From Rhynchopus sp. YZ270_cl-10 (Eukaryota), in NCBI GenBank assembly GCA_964035575.1, contig OZ037835.1, positions 682,001-746,000 on the forward strand: a stretch of DNA of 64,000 nucleotides, read 5' to 3'. Positions 12,301-22,527 of this stretch are shown here, piece after piece. The notes under the pieces were generated by a model, which had not been told where the DNA came from, did not search any database, and was given only the letters and a program-made list of their open reading frames with translations. The translations under genes were made by a program, and so were the position numbers. How positions within the stretch are numbered: the first letter of the stretch is position 1; each line of letters begins with the position of its first letter.

Positions 12301-12782
12301 CTTCCCGAACGGAGGCACACTTTGTGTGTTACTACGACCTGGCAACTTCCAGCAGTAGGTTAAGTAATCTTTCTTGTAAATTGTTGGAACATTATCTCCT
12401 CAGTGCATGAATGCCCCACGTGACTGGACACTTTTGTGTTTGTCATGTGGAGCTGTGGTTGCTCTTTCACGACTTTTTTCCTTGTACACAGTGTACCGTG
12501 TACCTGGGTACCTGGGTACCTGGGTACCTGGGTACCTGGGTACCTGGGTACCTGGGTACCTGGGTACCTGGGTACCTGGGTACCTGGGTACCTGGGTACC
12601 TGGGTACCTGGGTACCTGGTCAGATCTCTGACCAGCGCACCGTGTGCACAAGTAAAAAGTTACTTGTGCACAAGTAAAAGTTACTTGTGGTCACAAGTAA
12701 TTACTTGTGACCACAAGTAAAAATTATTACATGTAAAACCACAAGTAAAACCACAAGTAAAGTAAGTTACTTCAACGTCGTG
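9390..12782. mobile_element. Non-autonomous TIR element B (3.4 kb), TA TSD
   Basis: TIR CACGACGTTGAAGTAA/TTACTTCAACGTCGTG; TA at 9388-89 and 12783-84; palindromic TTACTTGTG..CACAAGTAA subterminal repeats at both ends. Confidence 0.8.
12501..12619. repeat. (CCTGGGTA)n, ~14 copies
   Basis: Direct reading. Confidence 0.95.
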
Positions 12783-12895
12783 TAGCCCCCCCCCCCCCCC
12801 CCCCCTAGAGGGTCGCATTAATAACAATTGGCTAGGGAAGGCCCATTATTCCAATCCATGTTACAATGTAACAATGGGGGGGGGGGGGGGGGGGG

Positions 12896-15483
12896 CAGTG
12901 TTGTGGCAGTGTCTTTTTTGTGTCTTTTTTGATGTGTCTTTTTTGGTCTTTTTTGGTCTTTTTTGGTCTTTTTTGCCAGCATTTTCGGTCTTTTTTGGTC
13001 TTTTTTGCCAGCATTTTCGGTCTTTTTTGGTCTTTTTTGAGCGCACGTTTTTGGGGTTATGGTGCTTATGAGCCCATGGAGCTGAGCTGAAAAGGGATCC
13101 CGCAAACATCACAAACACCCACACTTACAGAGTATCAACACAGACTAATCAGGGGAATAATAATAAAATGCCAGGGAGGAAGAGCTGCTGGAGCCGCGAG
13201 GAGTACGTGGAGGTGACGGAGAACGAGGTTGACTACCTCGAGTGCAAGGGGGAGGGCTGCGGGTACAGGTTGGCGAAGAACGGCATTTCAGCCACACGGA
13301 TGAAGAAGCACATCGTGGAGGACTGCCCGAAGAAGAGTGACAGGGCGAAACAGAGGATCGAAGAGGAAGAAGAGCGGGCGAAAAGATCCCGCTCCGACAC
13401 GACGGCACCGGCTGAAGCGCCTGCTGCAAAGAGGGCGAAGCTCGAAAAGAGCCAAACCCGCATCCCCTGCATCCCTGCACCGAACGCGAAGGAGATCGAG
13501 GAGATGCATCTCGCCTGGGCGAAGTTCGTGTTCGCCGCAGGGGTGCCCTTCTCGGTAGTCGATAGTCCACTTTTTATTGAGGCCATGATGGCAACGAGAC
13601 CAGGGCTAAAAAAAGAACACATACCCAGCCGACACGTCATCTCCACAACTTTGCTGGACAAGGTGCACACCACCATCTGTGTTCCGAAGTTTGATAAGCT
13701 CGCAAAAAACGAGCACATCTCCCTCCAGTCGGACACCTGGAAAAATTCGCGAGCAGAAAAAGTTTTTGCGTGCGCCGGAACAGCAGGGGAGCAGGCAGGA
13801 TTGATCGTGAACAGCGGGATCTTACAACAAAAACAACACAACGCGCAGGAGCTTCTTTCACACCTCACGCAAACACCAGAAAAATTTCAAAAAAAAGCTG
13901 TTGCACTCATTTCAGATGGAGATACGACAGCTACCAAGGCAAACAAACTCTTCAAAGCCGAACTAAAAAAAAAGAACATTGACGTGCACACCATTGTCTG
14001 CGCTGCCCATACTGTACAACGCATGGTGAATGACTGTCTCGGGACCAAGAAATCCAAAGGCAACGAAACGGGACAGGAATTCAACTACGTGACAAAGTTG
14101 CTGAACAGCGTTGTAGCGTCTCTGAAGAATGTTGACTACCTCAGGGCTGTTTTGAAGGAAAAACAGACTGAACTGAGTCAGCGAACGAACGCGCCAAAGC
14201 TTATGGCGATTACCAGATGGACTACAACGTCAAAGCTGTTCGACTTCGTCGCGCAATACCGAGAGGCTCTGTTGCTTGTTGCCGATGATGAGGAAGCACT
14301 CGCCCGCTGCCCAGATATTCTTAAAGTCTGCAACAGCATGCCTCTGATTCGCGCGATTCACAAATTTGTGGAGAAGGCTGGTGTTGTGGTCAACTTGTTG
14401 CAGTCGGATTCGTGTAGGATTGGGTTTGTGATTCCGCTTCTTGAGCAAGCTCTGAGTGCAGCAAAAGAGACGAAGGCAGCTTTGGCAACGGTGGAAGACA
14501 AACAGAAAATGGAGAACGTTATTAAAAAAATCCAAGTGCGTGTTTCTCGCTACATCACTCACGAGGACGGTGTTTTCTCCGCTGCGACTCTTCTCAACCC
14601 ATTTTTTCAGGTATACTTCAGCCATATTGATCCCAACAACAACAACAACAACAATCACACAGGTGTACAAAGAAGCAAAGGACCTGCCAGCAAAACACCC
14701 GCTGACCAAACTGGCAGGTTGGGCTCCGTGTGCAGAGGTGAAGAAGAACGCCTCTGCCTACCTCAAAAAACTGGGGGCGCGGCACTGTCGGCGTGTCTGA
14801 TCGAGTTTCGCACTGCATCCGGCATTTTTGCAAATGACGGGATGTGGGATCTTGCGAAGACCAAGACACCAGAGGAGTGGTGGAGGATATTCTTGCTGGA
14901 GGTGCAGAGCGATGGAGGGAGCGAGAAAGACGTGAAGCTCTGCAGGATTGGGTACAGAGTGTCGGGGATCCGAGCCTCGAGTGCCGAACTCGAACGGCAA
15001 TTCAGCACAATGGGCTGGATGTCGCAGTTGCGGAGGAATCGACTCCTCTCGGCGCGAGTGACGAAGCTGACGCAGATTCACAGTTGCCTCCGCACTGGCA
15101 AAGGTGACTCCTGGTTTGAAATCGAGGGTGCCAAACCAGGAGAACCTGTGATTGACTGCGACGCAGAAGCAGAAGCAGAAGCTCCTGAAGTCGAGGCAGC
15201 TCCTGCTGAAGGAAACGACAGCGATGAAGATGAAGAGTCGGTTGAGTGGTGAAAGGTTTTCCATTTTTAGTTTTAGTTTTAGTTTCAGAATTTAGATTCA
15301 GCTTTAGGAAAACCTGCGATTTGTGTTCAAAACGCGTGGAGTGCTTTTTTTTCTGCAAGGTAGAGTCCCTCTATGTCTTTTTTGTGTCTTTTTTGTGTCT
15401 TTTATGGTCTTTTTTGGCCTTTTTTGGTCTTTTATGGTCTTTTTTGGTCTTTTTTGCCAGGACCCTGTCTTTTTACAACACTG
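12896..15483 (+). mobile_element. hAT DNA transposon (hAT-1)
   Basis: TIR CAGTGTTGT/ACAACACTG; left flank is poly-G and exactly 8 G follow the right end (8-bp TSD); GGTCTTTTTT subterminal repeats at both ends; transposase ORF inside. Confidence 0.9.
13168..15252 (+). CDS. hAT transposase with BED-type zinc finger (probable intron 14611-14662 and 1-nt indel near 14775)
   Basis: ECKGEGC...MKKHIVEDC, LQSDTW, ISDGD, CAAH (CxxH), TRW and SSAELERQFS motifs. Confidence 0.9.
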   Translation: MPGRKSCWSREEYVEVTENEVDYLECKGEGCGYRLAKNGISATRMKKHIVEDCPKKSDRAKQRIEEEEERAKRSRSDTTAPAEAPAAKRAKLEKSQTRIPCIPAPNAKEIEEMHLAWAKFVFAAGVPFSVVDSPLFIEAMMATRPGLKKEHIPSRHVISTTLLDKVHTTICVPKFDKLAKNEHISLQSDTWKNSRAEKVFACAGTAGEQAGLIVNSGILQQKQHNAQELLSHLTQTPEKFQKKAVALISDGDTTATKANKLFKAELKKKNIDVHTIVCAAHTVQRMVNDCLGTKKSKGNETGQEFNYVTKLLNSVVASLKNVDYLRAVLKEKQTELSQRTNAPKLMAITRWTTTSKLFDFVAQYREALLLVADDEEALARCPDILKVCNSMPLIRAIHKFVEKAGVVVNLLQSDSCRIGFVIPLLEQALSAAKETKAALATVEDKQKMENVIKKIQVRVSRYITHEDGVFSAATLLNPFFQVYFSHIDPNNNNNNNHTGVQRSKGPASKTPADQTGRLGSVCRGEEERLCLPQKTGGAALSACLIEFRTASGIFANDGMWDLAKTKTPEEWWRIFLLEVQSDGGSEKDVKLCRIGYRVSGIRASSAELERQFSTMGWMSQLRRNRLLSARVTKLTQIHSCLRTGKGDSWFEIEGAKPGEPVIDCDAEAEAEAPEVEAAPAEGNDSDEDEESVEW

Positions 15484-15602
15484 GGGGGGGGTCTGGGGGC
15501 GGGAATTTTGTTACTTAGGATGGAATATTTTTTTTTTTTCAACGGTACAAATTGGGGTCGGAAATTTTTTTTGACCAATTTTTGCCCACAAAAAATCGAA
15601 AA

Positions 15603-15825
15603 AAAAATTTTTTTTTTCCGATTCTCGGGAGACTGTGTGTGCTGTGATGGGGTCATTTTGCGCTGAGAAATGAGTTTTTTTGGCCTAAAATGCATGTGTC
15701 AGTTTTGGGTGTATTTTCACCTAAAAACTGACACATGCATTTTAGGCCAAAAAAACTCATTTCTCAGCGCAAAATGACCCCATCACAGCACGCACAGTCT
15801 CCCGAGAATCGGAAAAAAAAATTTT
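15603..15825. repeat. Near-perfect palindrome, ~110-bp arms
   Basis: TTCCGATTCTCGGGAGACTGTG...CAGTTTTGGGTG mirrored by CACCTAAAAACTG...CACAGTCTCCCGAGAATCGGAA; centre ~15714. Confidence 0.92.
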
Positions 15826-15864
15826 CCCAACCTTCCTGTATACACGCGTCAGCAACCAATACAG

Positions 15865-16740
15865 GTAGTGTATTGAAATGATTCTGGGGGGGGGTAAGGG
15901 GCCTAATTTTAATTTCGTCGATTTTGAGAAAATTTTTGGCCAAAAATGGGCCCCACGTATAAGGAACCGGGCTCATATTTCTCAAAATTTAAGTGGCCAA
16001 AAAATTGTCCAATTTTCCGAAATGACCCCACCGCTGCACGGGCGGAGCCCAAAAATGCAAATAAGCCACTTTTTGGTTTCATTGAAATGATGCGGCTGAC
16101 ACTGAGGAATTATGGTTTACGGCGTCCCATTTAGGTGGCGAACCCTTTTTAATTTTTTGTTCTCTTGAAATGTGTAATTTCATGTTTTCGCGAAAAAAAT
16201 ACGAACTGATCCTACAAGGGTTGAAGGAAGGTGTGGAAAACAATAATAACAAGAACAACTAATTGCTAAGAAAAAAAATGGGGTGTGTTGTGGATAACTC
16301 CGCGCGATTTTCGAAACCACCATAGCATCCTGGCGATTTTCTGGAGGTGCTGATGTGACGATGCCTGGTGCGATCGACGACGTGTTGTCGTCTGTGCATT
16401 ATGTGTTCCTTCCGCACTGCTCTGGTGACGACGACGGTGCGTGGGAGCCTGTGGACGACTACGAGCTGGAACATGCCGAGGCCGCCCGATTGAATGGTTA
16501 TCGAGCCTGCCGAGACTACGTCCAATAACGCGATCGAGCAGATGGTGCTGGACGAAGATAACAGCCCCACTGTTTAAAAGTTTCAGATGCAGGCATCCCA
16601 GTGGGTCCAGCGTACGAAGAGCGTTTTAGCATACCTGCAGAAGAGCAGAATGCTGGCGTGTTGTAGATTATATTTTTTTCAGAGGGGAGTTCCACAGCAC
16701 ACCCGGTTTTTTTTCCGATAGCAATTACTTGTTTTTTTTT
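15865..16740 (+). repeat. Dispersed repeat module containing a decayed coding-like fragment
   Basis: Homologous to ~47960-48950 and ~49285-50025. Confidence 0.8.
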
Positions 16741-16867
16741 GATTTTTTGTGGGTGGGAAAATTTTTTCGGACCCCCCCTTAGGTTTTGTACAGGGCCCCC
16801 CCTGTAACTTAGGGGGGAAACCGTGATTCCCAAAAATTTTTTTGCTCGTTGGGGGGGGGGGGGGGGG

Positions 16868-18059
16868 TAGGGGGTACGACTCCAGCCATTTTTTGCGCAC
16901 GGAAAATTCATTTGGCATTATCTGGTCATCTCCAAGGCAACTGCGGGTGAAAAACACCCTCAGAGTGGGTCACAGGGGGCCTGTGGGTCGAAAAACGACC
17001 CAGAAGCCACCCCAGAATACAAAAAAATGGAAAAAAATAGTGAAAAAACGGCTTTTTTCACGTTTTGGCCACTTTGGGCAAAATAGCGATTTTTCGAGAA
17101 AAAAATCAAAAACCGGGATATTTTTTGACATCACAAAGCCTCCTTTGGCACAAATATACCCCAAAAGTGGCCTGTGAGTCCATTCCAACCTGTTTTGGAC
17201 ATATTTGACACTTTTGGAAGTGTTTTTTTGGTGTTTTTAGGTCAAAAAAAATGCCCAAGACGTCCCCAAGACATCCCCAAGACACTTTGCACACCCCCTG
17301 TTACGGTCATATTTTTTTCGTTTTTTTGCCTGAAACCCCCAAAATACCCCTCCCGGACCCCACATAGTCCCGAATATCCATCACACACCCACTCAGAGTG
17401 AGTAGAAGCACCCCAAAAAAAATATTTTTTAAAGCCCTTCAACTTCAACATGGATGCTGCCGAAACTGAAGCACAATTTTAGGGCTTTAAAAAATATTTT
17501 TTTTGGGGTGCTTCTACTCACTCTGAGTGGGTGTGTGATGGATATTCGGGACTATGTGGGGTCCGGGAGGGGTATTTTGGGGGTTTCAGGCAAAAAAACG
17601 AAAAAAATATGACCGTAACAGGGGGTGTGCAAAGTGTCTTGGGATGTCTTGGGGACGTCTTGGGCATTTTTTTGACCTAAAAACACCAAAAAAACACTTC
17701 CAAAAGTGTCAAATATGTCCAAAACAGGTTGGAATGGACTCACAGGCCACTTTTGGGGTATATTTGTGCCAAAGGAGGCTTTGTGATGTCAAAAAATATC
17801 CCGGTTTTTGATTTTTTTCTCGAAAAATCGCTATTTTGCCCAAAGTGGCCAAAACGTGAAAAAAGCCGTTTTTTCACTATTTTTTTCCATTTTTTTGTAT
17901 TCTGGGGTGGCTTCTGGGTCGTTTTTCGACCCACAGGCCCCCTGTGACCCACTCTGAGGGTGTTTTTCACCCGCAGTTGCCTTGGAGATGGCCAGATAAT
18001 GCCAAATGAATTTTCCGTGCGTTTGGTCCCAGCCAAAATGGCTGGAGTCGTATCCCCTA
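16868..18059. mobile_element. Foldback element (1.19 kb), ~570-bp arms, 42-bp spacer
   Basis: 16896-17438 mirrors 17481-18021 almost perfectly; outer TAGGGG.TACGACTCCAGCCATTTT ends; both flanks poly-G. Confidence 0.9.
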
Positions 18060-18660
18060 GGGGGGGGGGGGGGGGGGGGGGTTTTGGACCCCATTTCAAG
18101 TAACATTGTAACATGGATTGGAATAATGGGCCTTCCCCTAACGTTTTTATGTAATTTTTATTATTTTTTCGCTGGTGGACCATTTCAGTGGTGACCCACA
18201 CCCTGTGCCACCCCAAAAATGGGTTTCCGGGGGTTTTTGGGGGGTTTTGCGGCAAAAAACGTGAAAAAACGTAAAAAAATGCGTTTTTATTGGTGTTTTC
18301 ATGATTTTTTCTCATATGAAAAAAAGTACTCTGAGAGATTCGTTAAGGATTCGTATGACATAATATTAACTTTTTGTCAGCGGTGTGGCAAAAAGTGAAA
18401 TTGTGTTTTTAGCCTAAAAATGGGTGGGGGATATGTAAAAAGTACTTTTTTTTTTACTTTTTGTCACACTTGATCTGCCTTTGTTTTTGGTGGGATTTTG
18501 GGTTGGCGTGGCATAATGTTGTGGTCTTCATGCCCAGGTCATATCCTGCTACTTATTTCTCGGCATTGTGTTGGGATTTGTGTATTCAATATAATTTATG
18601 CCTTACGAACACTTATCGATCTCTCAGAGTACTTTTTTTTATATAGAGAAAAAATTATAT

Positions 18661-18880
18661 ATTGAGTAAAAAGCGGACTTGTCACACTCGTGTGGTTCTC
18701 ACAAATCAGTTGGTTTTTTGTATCACTCGCTTCGCTCGTGATACAAAATTCTATGTCACACTCGCTTCGCTCGTGAGACAACATAAATTACGTCACTCGC
18801 TTCGCTCGTGACGTAAAAGAACCAACTGATTTGTGAGAACCACACTCGTGTGACAAAAAGTCCACTTTTTTTCACCTCAA
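18661..18880. repeat. Branched inverted-repeat element with three CACTCGCTTCGCTCGTG hairpins
   Basis: Outer stem GTGTGGTTCTCACAAATCAGTTGGTT/AACCAACTGATTTGTGAGAACCACAC encloses hairpins at ~18719-18745, 18754-18780 and 18788-18816. Confidence 0.85.
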
Positions 18881-18943
18881 TAAATAGCTATTGTACTGTA
18901 TACAGCCTATGATTGGAGGAATTTGACATATTTGACTAAATAA

Positions 18944-19171
18944 TTCAAACCAAGATCGGTTCGAAGGGTCCAAAAGGGTGCAGCTCGTCGAAATCAGGCC
19001 CACACAAGACGCCTGGCAGGGTAGGAGAAGGTGGGCAGTGAGGGGGGAGGGGTGAGGGGGGTGTTTGAGGCGCATACGCACGGGTTCAGGGGGTCATGTT
19101 CAACTCAATATTTCAAACCAAGATCGGTTCTAGGGGCCCAAAAGGGTGCAGCTGGCCGAAATCAGGCCCAC
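18944..19171. repeat. Two ~60-bp direct repeats
   Basis: TTCAAACCAAGATCGGTTC...GAAATCAGGCCCACA at ~18944 and ~19112. Confidence 0.8.
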
Positions 19172-19417
19172 AGGACCCCCAGGAGTACGATTTCCACAGG
19201 AGAGTGACCCCAAGAGGCCTCTGGCGGCCCTAAATTGGCATTTTTTAGCCCAAAACCGCCCCTGCCCCCCCATCTGGGGGGGAGGGCAATTTTTCACTCC
19301 TTTTCCCCATTTCTAGTGCTTCTGAGTCCTCCAAAGGATAAAAAACCGGTTCCATTGGGTCCGCAGACCATTTTTGGGGGGGGTATGTATTCTTCCGAAT
19401 GAAAGAACACAGCAACC

Positions 19418-22030
19418 TCAGTGCAGGTGCACAACGTACGGTGCATAAGCCTTCTGCTCCACATAGCCGGCAAGCTCTTCGTACTGTGTGCGTTGGTCCT
19501 GAGCGACGGTGTCCAGCAGAGAAGACGCCTTCTCAAAGTCCTGTTTGATGATGAGCTCGAAGACCTCGTTCCACATAGCATGAGGGTTGTTCACGGCAGA
19601 CTCCAGCTGGTACATCCACTCCTCATCTGCGCTGCTGCACAGCCCACGTACGGTAAACACGGTCTGTGCCTTCTCGCTCAGCTTCTCGTACAGCATCGCA
19701 CCAGCACAACGCAGTACCACCTGTCCCTCCGCCTCACGCGAAACAGCACGGTCAACGACACCAGTCAGGTTACGCTCCTTGTTCCAACGCTCCATCACAA
19801 CCACCCACGACATGGACTGCGAAAGAATCGACATCTTCTTCATCCCGTTGCAGCCCATGTTCCCGACACGTGCCTCGCCTGTCGTGCACCCGTACGAGAT
19901 CTTGTGCACATCACCAAGTGCTGTTGCTGCTTCGTGTGCAGCCTTCACACAGGCAGCACTGTGCGACGGCTTCGGAACAAAGGCGTTGAAGGTGGCAAGC
20001 ATCTTGTCCCCTGCGAACGTGTCGCACACACCTTTGTTGTGCTGCACTGCTGACATGATGTGCTCCACAATACCACCGTGTGCGGAGAGCACCTCTGCGT
20101 CCTTGTGCTTCTTGCAGAAGGCGTGCCACGACACGACGTTCATGTGTGCCAGCGACACCTTCTTCTTCTTCATCCCTTCCACACGCAGCAGTGCCTTCTG
20201 GTTCTGCATCATATCAGCTGAACTGCGTGATGCATGTGAAGTAGACATGCCTGACTGCGACTTCGTATCCTGTGTAGAATCCGTCTCTGACACTTCCTCT
20301 TTGTCACTGTCGTTGACAAGCACACTCTGCGGCATGTAGTTCCGGTACTCCACCAGGTTCGCCACCATGGTAACAAAGCTGCGCTGCATCATCCCCACTT
20401 CACTCAGCTGCGACACTGCACGGCCCGTGTCCACAGCCTCCAGGTCCATCACAGCCACACTTGCCATCTCACTCCCAAGCTTCAGCAGAGGGGACGTGAT
20501 GTAGCGTGTGAACACAACAGCAATGGCCAGGAGTACCGTGATCGCAACAGCCGTGACAACCACCATCACAATAACCGCATCCTCCTTCTGTGCGTCTGCA
20601 GAGGACAGATCTGATGCCACCTTCGCACGGATTGCATTCGTCGACGCATCAATTGTCTCCATCACAGACACCCTCGGCACAAGAAGGTTCGCAAAAAATG
20701 TAATCGTTTTGTGTTGAATTGTCGTTGCCACTGTCCAGAACTCCGTGCCGTTCGAGTCAGACCACTTCACGAACGACGTCTTTGTCATCTCCACAAGGTC
20801 TCTGTAGTTCTGTGGGTGTGTGAACACAAACCGCCCATGCTCTGCAATCACTGAGGGGATGTGCGACGTGGCGTCTTCCATTGAGTGGTTCGTGATGTTG
20901 AAGCTCACTGAAAACGGAGCTAGAACGCCTACGGCATTCAGACGCGTTTCGAACCACAGATGCCTCCCTCTGTTGTATGCGACAAGCGTTCCTGTTGTGT
21001 CTGACACACGATCGTGCTCCACCAGGTACAGCGACGTGGCCTCTGGGAGCAGCTGTGCACGCACTGCATTGCTTACCCCTAGCCCGGTCACCACAGCTCT
21101 GACGACACCCACACGCTTGCCCTGCTTAGGGTGCATCATGTACATCTCTGGGTGGGTGAAGGTGTAGCTCAGCTCCCAGTATATAATGCTCCATGACACC
21201 ATCACGTTTGTGTAGATCAGTGTCTCCGTGGGGTACATGGGTGGGTCATCGGCACCCAGGTTGTAGATCTGCTTGCCGCGTGCTAGCATGCCTAAAGAGC
21301 CAGGGGGTTCACTCATAGCAAAAGGAGCCATGCAGAGACCGCGTATCTCGTTCTTGTTGTAGTCCGGCCTGTGATTGCACGGCTGATGCGGGAACCTTCT
21401 GTCGCCTCTGTTTGTGGCTTCCCCAAAGGATACCCAGTCAGATATACCCACCGCCCCCGTCACATGGTCACGCATCTCGTACACCAGGAGGACCTGGGAG
21501 CCGTTCGTAGGAGGGACACCACTCGCAGAGTTCACATCCCTGAACCCCATCCGTGAGCCCCACCCTGCAAACCCGTCCCCCGCCTTCCACGGAACAGGAT
21601 GTGCTTGTGACCACGGGTACGTTTCGTACCCCATGAATTCCAATCCAGACGTCGCCCCAGCACGGAAAGCGGAGACAAAAGCAGGACGCATAACCGTATC
21701 CCCAAAGGCGGGGCTCGTGCTGACGTTTGGGTGGTGCGCCTTCGCAAGGTTGGCCATGGATAGCACCAGCTGCTCAGGCACCTTCAGGTACTCCTTCACC
21801 GCCGTGTCCACGTTGCCAAGGACGGAGCGCAGGTAGCGCGACGAGACCGTTTCGATGTCTGCCGTACCACTGTCGAGACACATCCCAAAGCCCTCGTCAC
21901 CTGTGTCACGTGCCTTCTCCAGAAGGTCGTCCCATGTTGTCAGAGTGAAGCCACCGATGATCGCACCTGTCGACAGAATCAGCACCACACACAGCAGCAC
22001 TGTCAGCGACTGGATGCTGCATGTCGCCAT
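19418..22030 (-). CDS. Receptor-type cyclase-like protein, copy 2
   Basis: Intact 870-aa paralogue of copy 1. Confidence 0.9.
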   Translation of the reverse strand: MATCSIQSLTVLLCVVLILSTGAIIGGFTLTTWDDLLEKARDTGDEGFGMCLDSGTADIETVSSRYLRSVLGNVDTAVKEYLKVPEQLVLSMANLAKAHHPNVSTSPAFGDTVMRPAFVSAFRAGATSGLEFMGYETYPWSQAHPVPWKAGDGFAGWGSRMGFRDVNSASGVPPTNGSQVLLVYEMRDHVTGAVGISDWVSFGEATNRGDRRFPHQPCNHRPDYNKNEIRGLCMAPFAMSEPPGSLGMLARGKQIYNLGADDPPMYPTETLIYTNVMVSWSIIYWELSYTFTHPEMYMMHPKQGKRVGVVRAVVTGLGVSNAVRAQLLPEATSLYLVEHDRVSDTTGTLVAYNRGRHLWFETRLNAVGVLAPFSVSFNITNHSMEDATSHIPSVIAEHGRFVFTHPQNYRDLVEMTKTSFVKWSDSNGTEFWTVATTIQHKTITFFANLLVPRVSVMETIDASTNAIRAKVASDLSSADAQKEDAVIVMVVVTAVAITVLLAIAVVFTRYITSPLLKLGSEMASVAVMDLEAVDTGRAVSQLSEVGMMQRSFVTMVANLVEYRNYMPQSVLVNDSDKEEVSETDSTQDTKSQSGMSTSHASRSSADMMQNQKALLRVEGMKKKKVSLAHMNVVSWHAFCKKHKDAEVLSAHGGIVEHIMSAVQHNKGVCDTFAGDKMLATFNAFVPKPSHSAACVKAAHEAATALGDVHKISYGCTTGEARVGNMGCNGMKKMSILSQSMSWVVVMERWNKERNLTGVVDRAVSREAEGQVVLRCAGAMLYEKLSEKAQTVFTVRGLCSSADEEWMYQLESAVNNPHAMWNEVFELIIKQDFEKASSLLDTVAQDQRTQYEELAGYVEQKAYAPYVVHLH

Positions 22031-22148
22031 TGTTCTGAGGTGTACAGGAAGGGGAGAGAGTGTACGTCTGGGGATGTGTGTGTGGTGTGGGTGAAATCAG
22101 TTCTGGCTACTTCCTGTGTGTAGTACACAGAAGACATAGTCAATATAC

Positions 22149-22249
22149 CCTTCGAACACCATCGTCTCCTCTCCAGTGGGATGTTTCCACATGTGTGCGG
22201 TCTTATCTTTGGAGCACGAAACCACATGCACTCCGTCAGGACTCACTGC
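22149..22249 (-). pseudogene. Isolated WD40-repeat fragment
   Basis: Translates to AVSPDGVHVVSCSKDKTAHMWKHPTGEETMVFEG; DNA similar to ~58455-58552. Confidence 0.75.
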
Positions 22250-22527
22250 CTCAAATCACGTTCTTCTTGTTGTTCATACGTTGTGGGTTCTTCCACACTA
22301 CGACTTTAGGTCAGTGGGGGGTTTCTTTTGTTTCCTTTTGTTTGGGTTCGTGTGTGGATAGTTCTTCTTTAGTTTTTCAGTTTTTGAGAACTTGGATAAA
22401 TCACGTGTAGCAACAGAATACATACACTCTACGCCCATCCTCCCAGCTTACTTCCATTGGGGTGTGGTTTCGCAAAATTCGGTGGAATATTTGAAATCCT
22501 GTACATGTTCTGTAGATTCTAAAAATG

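Larger units (their letters stand above)
12833..18140. mobile_element. Outer TIR element hosting hAT-1 and two foldback palindromes
   Basis: ~37-bp inverted repeat TAGGG(G)AAGGCCCATTATTCCAATCCATGTTACAATGT at 12833-12869 and its reverse complement at ~18103-18140. Confidence 0.65.
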
